64,000 nt of DNA from the NCBI GenBank assembly GCA_017428385.1, contig JAFRQX010000036.1, forward strand, positions 7,325 through 71,324. Direction: 5' to 3'. This document shows, piece by piece, positions 56,087-64,000 of this stretch; the first letter of the stretch is position 1; each line of letters begins with the position of its first letter. The notes beneath the pieces were generated by a model. That model saw only the letters and a program-made list of their open reading frames with translations, did no database searches and was not told the DNA's origin. The position numbers and the translations under genes were made by a program. This DNA comes from Clostridia bacterium. GTDB lineage: Bacteria; Bacillota; Clostridia; Christensenellales; Aristaeellaceae.

Positions 56087-57616
56087 TTATTTATGCCATA
56101 CTTCGTTCATGAATTTGATCCGTCTTTCAAGCCACGTTGCAAGCTGTTCGGCAGACTCCTCTTCGTTTTTGCAGGCATAGGCCTGCCGGTTCAGTTCATA
56201 ATCGATGGGAGACTTGTCTCTCATATTGCTCCAGCGTTTATAGTTTTTCGTAAATGCAGATTTGTACTTCTGGCTGTCAGAACGGACTGACTCAATGGTT
56301 TCGGTGAACACGCCCCGGTCATAAAGATCTGTCCACTTCCGGGCGATGATATCTGTGAACCATTCCTGCCTCATCAGTACGTTGAGCCACGGGTTGATTG
56401 CCTTGTACACATGATCCACATCATCCACCACATTGGCCGCGTGGTACCCGCGACCATACTCGACGACATAACGGTTTCCCATGGCTGAATCAAAGTCCCA
56501 GGGGGCTTCAAACCGCAGCTTTTTGTCACCGTCGGGACTGAGATCAGCGCTCATGAAAAAGCTGGAATAGTAAATATCCGGGTCACAGGTGATTTCACTG
56601 AGAATATACATATCCGCCAGGGACTGAACGTCGACGACAGTTTCGACAGCCTCCCGGGGCGTCTTGGAAGACGGTGCGGTATTCCTGAAATCGGCGGTCA
56701 TCTCCAGTGCTTTATCATCATAGGAGGCTGAATACATGATGTCGTAGGTGTTGGAAATAAAGTTCCGGATCGTGATGCGCTGGGTTTCGGAGCGGATATT
56801 GCTCTTGATTGTGAAACCCACAAGATCCTGCTTGCGCTGGGGATCCGTGCAAAGTGGTGTGAAAGGGTTTGCATTGGGATAACCGTTAAACGGAATCAGC
56901 GGCGCAAAATTGTTGTAATTGATGGTGAAGGAGTGCAGGCGGTCTTCCAGCGTGTAATATGCGTCATATTCCACAAAATATCCCACGTTCGGGCCGTTTT
57001 CTCCTTCTTTGGGTTCAGGTACGTTTACGCGGCCCTTGGCTACTTCCTGCTGTTCCGCGAGGAGGTATACGCCCCAGTACTTACCGTTGATCTCCACCTC
57101 AACCAGTTCGCAGTCGGAACAGTAAAGGTCTTCTCTCAGGATTTTGTGTGCCAGTTCAAAGGCTGTTTTGTTCCGCAGCATGGAAAGGTCCTTGTATTCC
57201 GCCAACAGAAGCCAGTTTTTGAACGGCTGTCCTTCGTTAAGATCGCCAAAGGACTGCTTTTCCGTGAATTTGATCCGCAGCGGCTTTTTCTCATAGCTGG
57301 TGGTCCAGTTGCCCCTGACTTTGACCTGCGCCGGTTGCTTGCTGACGGTGGTTTTACCGTCGGTTCCGGTGTAGGAGACGGTGCATTCGACATAATAAGG
57401 TTCAGGGGGGATTTTATAATCGGGCGTCCAAGAGGCGATAGCCGCGGAGACGTTGCCCTTCACGGGTTCGGTCACGAAGCGGGTGCCTTCTCCCTTGGTA
57501 ACGGTTTTGATGGAAATCAGGGGCATCAACCGTTTGCCGGCTGCCTGTGCACCGGCACAGCAAAGAAGAGCCATTGCGATAAGCAGTGCGGCAAGGAATG
57601 CTTTTGTATGTTTCAT
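56087..57616 (-). CDS. Secreted CotH-family atypical kinase
   Basis: KVRGNWT, LRIKF, WLLLAEYKD..LRN, YWGVYLLAEQ, PWDFDSAMG; signal peptide. Confidence 0.88.
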   Translation of the reverse strand: MKHTKAFLAALLIAMALLCCAGAQAAGKRLMPLISIKTVTKGEGTRFVTEPVKGNVSAAIASWTPDYKIPPEPYYVECTVSYTGTDGKTTVSKQPAQVKVRGNWTTSYEKKPLRIKFTEKQSFGDLNEGQPFKNWLLLAEYKDLSMLRNKTAFELAHKILREDLYCSDCELVEVEINGKYWGVYLLAEQQEVAKGRVNVPEPKEGENGPNVGYFVEYDAYYTLEDRLHSFTINYNNFAPLIPFNGYPNANPFTPLCTDPQRKQDLVGFTIKSNIRSETQRITIRNFISNTYDIMYSASYDDKALEMTADFRNTAPSSKTPREAVETVVDVQSLADMYILSEITCDPDIYYSSFFMSADLSPDGDKKLRFEAPWDFDSAMGNRYVVEYGRGYHAANVVDDVDHVYKAINPWLNVLMRQEWFTDIIARKWTDLYDRGVFTETIESVRSDSQKYKSAFTKNYKRWSNMRDKSPIDYELNRQAYACKNEEESAEQLATWLERRIKFMNEVWHK

Positions 57617-57761
57617 ACTGCAGGTCCCTCCCTGTAGATAGGTATGGAAAAAGGAACTGAAAAGGTGTGGGGCTTTGGAAGCTATGGGTTCATTCTACAG
57701 AAGGGGGAGGGGAAAGTCAAATAAAGGGAATGAATACTGAAAACTGATGGGGACGGGGGAG

Positions 57762-58086
57762 GGAGCATAGGGGAGTCGATTCCGTTCGCTCAATGGTCGT
57801 TCAAGTCCCTTGGAGCGGGAGATGTGTGCCCGGGGAGTCGAACCCCGTCTCGCTGCGCTGCGCTTGCTCGGTCAGGTTCGCAATAGTCGTCCGCCTTCTC
57901 TGCCGTTCGGCAGACTCCTTTGCTCACCAGGCTTCCACATCGCTTTCGCCTGCGGCGAGCAGCCCACTGGGCTGCCGCTCTGTTCCGCCCCTCTCCAATG
58001 CTTCGCGTTGTCGAGACAGGGGTCGACTTCCCCTTGCACACATAAACGAAAATCACCACCCATGAAGGGTGGTGATTTTGTTTTGT
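57762..58086. mobile_element. tRNA-derived non-autonomous mini-element bounded by an 18-bp duplication of the tRNA-Ala 3' end
   Basis: ggagcataggggagtcga at 57762-57779 and 58087-58104; internal T-arm copies at 57832-57846 and inverted at about 58000-58042. Confidence 0.6.
58049..58079. terminator. Strong bidirectional terminator downstream of tRNA
   Basis: aaaatcaccaccc-atgaa-gggtggtgatttt. Confidence 0.9.
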
Positions 58087-58141
58087 GGAGCATAGGGGAG
58101 TCGAACCCCTGACCTCGACAATGCGAATGTCGCGCGCTACC
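58086..58141 (-). pseudogene. tRNA-Ala(CGC) 3' portion with non-canonical 5' end (att-like junction)
   Basis: Intact anticodon arm CGACA-TTCGCAT-TGTCG, T-arm AGGGG-TTCGACT-CCCCT and 3' acceptor strand ATGCTCC-A. Expected GGGGCAT/D-stem 5' part absent. Confidence 0.8.
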
Positions 58142-58187
58142 GGGTATGCTTAAACTCACCACAAGCTCCTCAAGCTCTGTGAGCCTT

Positions 58188-58216
58188 ATAATACAACGTT
58201 TTCCGGTTTTTGTCAA
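58188..58216 (-). promoter_or_regulatory. Consensus sigma-A promoter pointing into the tRNA fragment
   Basis: TTGACA-17-TATTAT. Confidence 0.8.
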
Positions 58217-58342
58217 TTTGCTCAAAAACCCTGATTTTCCTATCAGATATGCACTTACTCACTGTAAAAATGGGCGTTTTTTTCGTTTTTAGGCGGTAAC
58301 ACGAATATGAAACTTCTCACCATTTAACAAAATAGACACAAT

Positions 58343-59983
58343 TTACAATGCCATCGTGAAAAAGGTTCTCTGAGCTTCAGAAATCTGGGTTTTCCCATCC
58401 GCAGTTTCTCTTCGAAAATCCTCCAGCGCAACATAAAATGTTACGGAGAGGTAGTAGTCGCGCCTGACCTCTATCCTTTCAATTAGGTGAGCAAGAACCA
58501 TTTTCTTTTCATCCCGTTGCATTAAATCATAAGTATCTGCCCACTCCATGATGCTCTGATACTGACTCGAGAGGAACTTAACATGGTTTTCTTCGTTGTC
58601 CTTTTGCTTTTGAAGATCGGCAATTACTTTCTCCATTGTTGTAATTCGATCGCGAATATCATTCAGCATCGGATTCAACACATCAGCAGTTAGTTTGCTT
58701 TCGCCCATAAGACAGTTGATTATCTCTTTTTCGATAGCCTCACGTTTTGCTTGGAGCTGTTTTAGTTCTCCCTCGCACCTCTTTATCATGCTTAAGGTTG
58801 AGCTTTCTTTTTGCCTCCTGGCTTGTTCTTTCCAGATAGAATCAACTGTAGACTTAACGCTTTCAAAGTACTGATGAACAACACGATCAATCTCATCTTC
58901 AATGATTCTTGCTGAATAGACGGTTTGTCCATCACATTCTCTGGCATCTATTGCTCCATTATAGCAACGATAGATCGGACGGAAGTAAGTGTGGTTTTTT
59001 CGATTTCTTACACAATAGCTTCCAACAAGTTTTTTGTGGCAATGACCGCAATAAAGAATACCCGAAAGCAATGTGGCGCCATAGACTGATGTCTTTGTTC
59101 TTCCCTCTTCAATGATACCATTCTCCAATTCCCTACGGCTGTCATACCGGTGAAGAATACGATCCTTGAGAGCATGCTGGACGAATTCAAACTCAGCATC
59201 TGATATCAAGCGAAGGTCCTCAATAGGTTCTGATACCACATCGTTCATATGCATCCTGCCAGTATACACAATATTCTTTAGTATTGTCATAACTGTCGGC
59301 CGTGTCCAGACTTTCTTGTCGTCTGGGTATTTTTTGTTAAGATGATTACAAATCTGCCATGCACCACAATCGTGTTTTCCAGCCAGATTAAAGATTTCCT
59401 GAATGATCGGGCCTGTCTTTTCATCAATTTCCAAATCATATAGCGGACGATTTTTCTTTCCAATCCGGCCCTTATGCACCAGTTTGTATCCATAAGGGCA
59501 AGTGCCACCTCGCCAGATCCCATCTGCTGTCATTTGAGAATGAGCAGCCTTCACACGTATAGAAGTTTTTTCACTTTCACCACCGGCTTGCCAGTAACGG
59601 ATATAATTGATCAACTTATCTGCCCTGTTCTCAATTCGCTGCTGACCCTCCCTCGTGCTCCAGACTTCAATCCCATGTTCGACAAACCATTGAACCAAAA
59701 AAGGCGTTTCATCTTCTCGTCGTCCAAGTCGGTCAAACATAAAGACCAGGAGAATATCGAACTCCCTGCGCTCAGCTTTTGATCTTATCTCTTGGATAGC
59801 ATCTCGTTTGCTCGCGGAAATCTTATACCCTGAAACGCCTTTTTCCATCAGTTCACCAGTAAACTTCCATTCCGGTTGTCTGCTAATAAAATCCAGACAT
59901 TCACGGCGTTGCATAGGAATGTCATCTTGTGGGTCAACCTGCCCTTTGGTGGATACTCTGTATAAACACATTACTCTTTTCAT
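58343..59983 (-). CDS. Large serine recombinase (resolvase + recombinase + Zn-ribbon/coiled coil)
   Basis: CLYRVST catalytic Ser, FMFDRLGR, GGTCPYGY, LSGILYCGHC...YRC; RBS before ATG 59983. Confidence 0.95.
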   Translation of the reverse strand: MKRVMCLYRVSTKGQVDPQDDIPMQRRECLDFISRQPEWKFTGELMEKGVSGYKISASKRDAIQEIRSKAERREFDILLVFMFDRLGRREDETPFLVQWFVEHGIEVWSTREGQQRIENRADKLINYIRYWQAGGESEKTSIRVKAAHSQMTADGIWRGGTCPYGYKLVHKGRIGKKNRPLYDLEIDEKTGPIIQEIFNLAGKHDCGAWQICNHLNKKYPDDKKVWTRPTVMTILKNIVYTGRMHMNDVVSEPIEDLRLISDAEFEFVQHALKDRILHRYDSRRELENGIIEEGRTKTSVYGATLLSGILYCGHCHKKLVGSYCVRNRKNHTYFRPIYRCYNGAIDARECDGQTVYSARIIEDEIDRVVHQYFESVKSTVDSIWKEQARRQKESSTLSMIKRCEGELKQLQAKREAIEKEIINCLMGESKLTADVLNPMLNDIRDRITTMEKVIADLQKQKDNEENHVKFLSSQYQSIMEWADTYDLMQRDEKKMVLAHLIERIEVRRDYYLSVTFYVALEDFRRETADGKTQISEAQRTFFTMAL

Positions 59984-60552
59984 ACTGCAACCCTCTTTCC
60001 TTTGAGGGCTATAGCATGGAAGCGCGCAGCATTCAGTTTTCAAGGTGCGTTTTATGTACAGTCACAGATTAGTTTTAGGAATTAAAAGTGTCAAGGATAT
60101 CATTTCGCTCACTCGTCTGAGTTCGAACTCGTGTCCTACCTCTTAGGAGATCGAAAAAGTGTTCGCCTTTGCTGTTCCCTGAAGTGCCTTTAAGCCTTGC
60201 CATTGCTGGGTTTCTAACGTTTTTCACAGTTCGCATTTTCCTTCAAAATACCCCCGTTTTCCCCCAGTGCTGTTAGCTGGGTGTTAGCACAGCTAACAAA
60301 GGCGGCGTGTTCGACTTTCACATCTACCGCCAAATCGTTAGCTGGACGTGATGAAATCATCATCATTTATCCCCGTAATGCGTCAAATGACTGCCCAGTC
60401 ATGAATGAATATTCATTGCATATTTTCCAAGACGCTTCCAGTATTCCAGATCTGTGTTTTGTCCCTCCATAAAGCGGATCGCGGCATAAGGGCCGGGAAA
60501 TGCACGAACTCCCACGGGGTATGTGCCTCGTGGGAGTTTTTTTTCGTCTTTT

Positions 60553-61728
60553 TTACTCGATTTCGAGAGTGATTGCTTCCTCCATGTGCGGCTGCTGGTT
60601 CTGGTAAACGGGCACTAAGGAGATGCCAGTCAAATCATTCATGGCATCAAATAATACTTCATATACAAGCTGGTTTTCTCCGCTTATTCCGACACCTTGC
60701 ACTCCGTTCTCTGAAATTATTTCACCATTGACATATAGGTACCAATCCTCGATCATGTCAATATGATCCGGATTCTCCCATGTCTTCCAGACTTGAATCC
60801 ACGCATCCGGGCAGGTGATCATGATTTTTCCACGCAAATCGATATGTCCTGCCGTCAGTTCAGCCATAGCCGTATAATTCGAGCCACTTATGCTGCCTTT
60901 CAGCCGTGTCAGATCGGTGTTCTGATTCAAAGTGAATTCAAAGAAGGTGTTTTCGCCTCTCTCCGTCGACTGCCGATACGTGGTTCCGTCTTGATACATG
61001 ATGCTGTGAATACGATAAAGTTTTGCCTGGAAAGTCAAGGTTTCCTCAAGACGATCATCAGGAATTTCACACTCTTTCCATCCGATGACGCTACCATCTT
61101 CCTGGACGATATTGTCCCCGCCAATAATATCAAGATAGGTTCCGTCCGCTAAACTCAGACCATCATGCAATCCTTTTTCTGTGCTTTCAATCCATCGCTG
61201 GCTTTGACCATCAAGCTGCAGGATTGCCTGCTGACGTTCAGGCTCGTCGCTGATCATAGTTTGGGAGACAATCATGTTTTCTTCAACCCAATCCCAATTG
61301 ATTTCACCATCCGGGCTGCCTTCATGGAGAACGGTTGAAGTCCAGTCGCCGCTCATCCGATATGAAATAAACACTCGGTTTCCTTCATAATATGCCTGCT
61401 CGATACGGATGGTGATACCATCATCTGTTGTCCATTCACGTTCAATAGGATCGGCGACTTTATCTACTTCTGAAAGTCTGCTGTCCCCACGCGGATTCTG
61501 CGCCAGTTCGCCGAAGAGCCCAAGCCCGGCTGCAAGTGCGGCGGTCATGGAAATAATAACAAGAGCAATAACAAGAATGGCAGATGTAGAAAGCTTTTTG
61601 ACCACAGGTTCTTCTCCTTTCGCTTTTCGTGCAATCTGGTAATGCAGCGAAGGCGCTTCGTCAATCCCGCGAGTACAATCGTCAATCGCAGCGCGGATGC
61701 TGTTCATGATTTCCTGATCAGTTTTCAT
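60553..61728 (-). CDS. Anti-sigma-like membrane protein (DUF4179-like)
   Basis: Overlaps sigma stop; TM ending TAALAAG; GITIRIEQAYYEG beta segment resembles 40344-41471. Confidence 0.7.
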   Translation of the reverse strand: MKTDQEIMNSIRAAIDDCTRGIDEAPSLHYQIARKAKGEEPVVKKLSTSAILVIALVIISMTAALAAGLGLFGELAQNPRGDSRLSEVDKVADPIEREWTTDDGITIRIEQAYYEGNRVFISYRMSGDWTSTVLHEGSPDGEINWDWVEENMIVSQTMISDEPERQQAILQLDGQSQRWIESTEKGLHDGLSLADGTYLDIIGGDNIVQEDGSVIGWKECEIPDDRLEETLTFQAKLYRIHSIMYQDGTTYRQSTERGENTFFEFTLNQNTDLTRLKGSISGSNYTAMAELTAGHIDLRGKIMITCPDAWIQVWKTWENPDHIDMIEDWYLYVNGEIISENGVQGVGISGENQLVYEVLFDAMNDLTGISLVPVYQNQQPHMEEAITLEIE

Positions 61729-62242
61729 CGTCTTCGCCTCCTTCCAGTTCGGTTCTCAGTTTCTGCTTTGCCTTATGGATTCTGCTGGAAACAGCTGCTT
61801 CCGTCAGGTTCAGCATTTTTGCGATTTCTTTGATGGGATAGCCCTCATAGAAATACAGCAGAACGACTTCCATGTATTTGGGCTTCAACTTCATGATCGC
61901 CATGGTCAGAGCAATATGATCATCGCTTGGTGGCGCAGATGACAGGAAGGGCAGCTGGTCGACGGAAACACGAAAATCAATGTATCGATACCATGCACTT
62001 CGTCTGTAATCCCGACAGCAATTGATTGCGATCCGGATCAGCCAGGTCTTTTCACTGCTTTCCCCACGAAAAGAATCCATGCTCCTGAAAGCCTTCAGAA
62101 AGGTTTCCTGTACCACATCCTCCGCAGCAGTACGATCTCTCAGGTATATGCAGCAGATTCGGAGCAGATCCTTTTCATATTGCTGCACCATTTGATCAAG
62201 TCGGTCTGCCGGGGTTTGATTCGGCGCCTGAATCATTCCCAC
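61718..62242 (-). CDS. ECF RNA polymerase sigma factor
   Basis: AEDVVQETF, KTWLIRIAIN, YPIKEIAKML; CGTCTAA at 62265-62271. Confidence 0.93.
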   Translation of the reverse strand: MGMIQAPNQTPADRLDQMVQQYEKDLLRICCIYLRDRTAAEDVVQETFLKAFRSMDSFRGESSEKTWLIRIAINCCRDYRRSAWYRYIDFRVSVDQLPFLSSAPPSDDHIALTMAIMKLKPKYMEVVLLYFYEGYPIKEIAKMLNLTEAAVSSRIHKAKQKLRTELEGGEDDEN

Positions 62243-62515
62243 CGTTGATCACCTCCTCAATCATTTAGACGATGGGCAAGCCCAAAACTTAAATTTTTCA
62301 GAAAATGTTTTTCGAGGTGGCTTTTTCGATGCCACCCCATTGTTATACACGATTTCCGGCCCTTAAGCCACACCGATTTCTGTTTTTATAGAAAGAGTGC
62401 CTGTCCGGCAAAACGTTCACATCGAGCAGTACATGCAGATCACAACATAAGAGCAGTTAAAGAGACTCCCGCAGGATGCTGGGCCTTGCATTTTCTATTA
62501 TTACTCATCGTTATT

Positions 62516-62848
62516 CTATATGCCCTTGTCTTTCATTCTTTTCAGAGCCTCTTCCGCACCTTTGACTGCGGTCATCTCAACAAGCACATCCTTAAGTTCT
62601 GTCTCCAGTTCACGCATTCTTTTTTCTTTTCTCCAGGAAAGTCTAGGCAAATTGATTCCCCATTCTATCTGAGTTTCTGTCGCTCCTGCGTCTTTGAGTA
62701 TTTCTTTCATTTCCTTCAATAGTTTTTCTCCTCTTTTATCCAGCTCACTCCAGTTTGATATCAATTTATTTTTTAATTCTTCCTTGTCAATGCGTCTTGA
62801 AGCAATCATTTCCATTACATGTTCTACGAATTGATCTATTTCATTCAT
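62516..62848 (-). CDS. Hypothetical charged helical protein
   Basis: 110-aa AT-rich ORF with Glu/Lys-rich composition; start overlaps an upstream stop (ATGA). Confidence 0.6.
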   Translation of the reverse strand: MNEIDQFVEHVMEMIASRRIDKEELKNKLISNWSELDKRGEKLLKEMKEILKDAGATETQIEWGINLPRLSWRKEKRMRELETELKDVLVEMTAVKGAEEALKRMKDKGI

Positions 62849-63159
62849 TTTGCCTTACCCGCTTTTCTCCGTAGGTCATTCTCGATACTTTTCCACATTG
62901 AATCTGATGTAACAAGATAAGATTCTTATATTGACGCTTCGGTGTACTTTCTTTCCTTCTTAACGTTGAAGTCCTTGCAAAATTGTCTGCGATCGGATAC
63001 ACCCCCCAAAAAAACAAATATCACAGACTTGCCTGTGATACCTGATAGCAGGTTCATCAGTGCATGCCTATGATATTTATATTTTATCACACAGTATTCT
63101 GTTGTCAATTTTATGGGCCAATCAGCATACACCGCCAGAGTCATCATGAGAGTATGCAC
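62845..63159 (-). pseudogene. Possible degraded gene with internal stop
   Basis: Frame of ORF 62926-63159 continues past TAA as ESYLVTSDSMWKSIENDLRRKAGKAK-TGA, coupled to the next ATG. Confidence 0.35.
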
Positions 63160-63263
63160 GGTAGAATAACTCGACTGTTTATCCTACCATGCATGAGCTA
63201 TTGTTGAAAAACTAAACCGGGGATGCGCTCCCCGGCCCTCATGTCGCGATCTGCTTATAGCTC

Positions 63264-64000
63264 TCAGTTTATCAGTTCCAGATTCCCTTGTTCGTCGATG
63301 CTGTAATCAAATACATCCAGAACAGCGCCTGTCGGCACAAATTCATTCCGTACTTCATCGAATACCAACGGCGAAAGCTGGCGGAAAATGTGCACACCGT
63401 CTCTGCCATAGCAGGCCGAGCCGTATGCCTGGATGCCTGAATCCTGGTAAACTTCGTATCCGTAGGTTGTATAACTCGCCTCGATTTTTCGCGTTTGCAA
63501 ATGATACACATCAATGTACCGGACATAGCATCCCGTCCCATGTCCGATCACACTGAACTCCAGATAAACGCTTGTTCCATGATCGGTGCCGCACACACGG
63601 AAGTCCTCGCACGCAAAGGGGATGTAGTCCCACAGATACCAATCGGGCCACTGCTCCACAAAGATCAGGGTTCCTTCTTCACCCCAGCCCCATCCGGAAA
63701 AACTGATGACCTGCACCAACGGCACATTCTCGGTTGAAATATCTGAATTCCCATGATGCTGAAGGTCTGCCTGGCTGATAAGCTCCCGAAGCACAGGCGC
63801 TCCGCAGGGCTCCATTTCGATTCCCCAGGATTGAAGCAGCTCGCGTGTTGCTTCGTCCTGACCCCGGTCATAGGCGTCCCGCAGACGCTGACAGGCCTCC
63901 TCCGGATCCATGGCAAGTGGCTGAAACCCCCGCTCCTCTGCTCCGTTATAGCGTGGGATTTCTTCACGCCAAACATAGCCGCTGTGTTCTCGCACGTTTT
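63264..64000 (-). CDS. Hypothetical protein, 5' end beyond window
   Basis: 243+ aa open frame running to window edge. Confidence 0.7.
   Translation of the reverse strand, partial: NVREHSGYVWREEIPRYNGAEERGFQPLAMDPEEACQRLRDAYDRGQDEATRELLQSWGIEMEPCGAPVLRELISQADLQHHGNSDISTENVPLVQVISFSGWGWGEEGTLIFVEQWPDWYLWDYIPFACEDFRVCGTDHGTSVYLEFSVIGHGTGCYVRYIDVYHLQTRKIEASYTTYGYEVYQDSGIQAYGSACYGRDGVHIFRQLSPLVFDEVRNEFVPTGAVLDVFDYSIDEQGNLELIN

Larger units (their letters stand above)
58142..64000. mobile_element. Left part of an integrated element (large serine recombinase plus cargo), extends beyond window
   Basis: tRNA junction, recombinase, visibly more AT-rich sequence and codon usage; boundaries approximate. 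Confidence 0.6.

Noticed and set aside
58086-58169. Intact functional tRNA-Ala using TAAGCAT or GGAGCTT as the 5' acceptor strand
   Set aside because: Neither gives the G3:U70 identity pair; D-region is 13 or 30 nt instead of about 19; no T8/A9 or proper D-stem.
57872-58225. 117-aa minus-strand ORF
   Set aside because: Runs through the promoter, tRNA fragment and terminator; translation of non-coding RNA elements.
60300-60332. tRNA-Ser-like 3' end (gttcgactttcacatctaccgcca) as a second att site
   Set aside because: T-stem does not pair properly; similarity too weak without alignment support.

Overview
A 64 kb chromosomal window from a moderately GC-rich anaerobic Firmicute. Gene style and content suggest a rumen/gut Clostridia, perhaps Christensenellales-like; this is inference only. 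From left to right it contains: (1) a ZIP transporter, small secreted proteins (SH3b, NlpC/P60-like) and esterases; (2) an ECF sigma/anti-sigma/DUF4097 unit; (3) tandem ABC exporters behind a leader-peptide attenuator; (4) a minus-strand beta-mannan oligosaccharide locus (ABC importer, cellobiose 2-epimerase, LacI, two GH130 phosphorylases, a SASA-family O-acetylesterase, ManA) with two consensus promoters overlapped by GTTAAC-pair operators; (5) a long plus-strand detox/house-cleaning tract (many GNATs including a GNAT-GNAT-nitroreductase fusion, Nudix, nucleoside phosphorylase, HAD, amidase, methyltransferases), with two more uORF/antiterminator/terminator leaders; (6) ECF sigma + 61-aa membrane protein + signal peptidase I; (7) an ECF S-component + larC operon behind a MerR-type promoter; (8) a 5'-damaged tRNA-Ala(CGC) with tRNA-derived satellite copies, next to a large serine recombinase that opens a more AT-rich integrated element running off the right end. 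Many intergenic regions hold a family of mosaic palindromic/heptamer repeats. The most novel candidates are the three ribosome-coupled attenuators, the ECF/mini-anti-sigma/SPase I module, the tRNA-Ala junction with its tRNA-derived mini-element, and the modular intergenic repeat family. All calls are from reading the sequence; no database searches were run.
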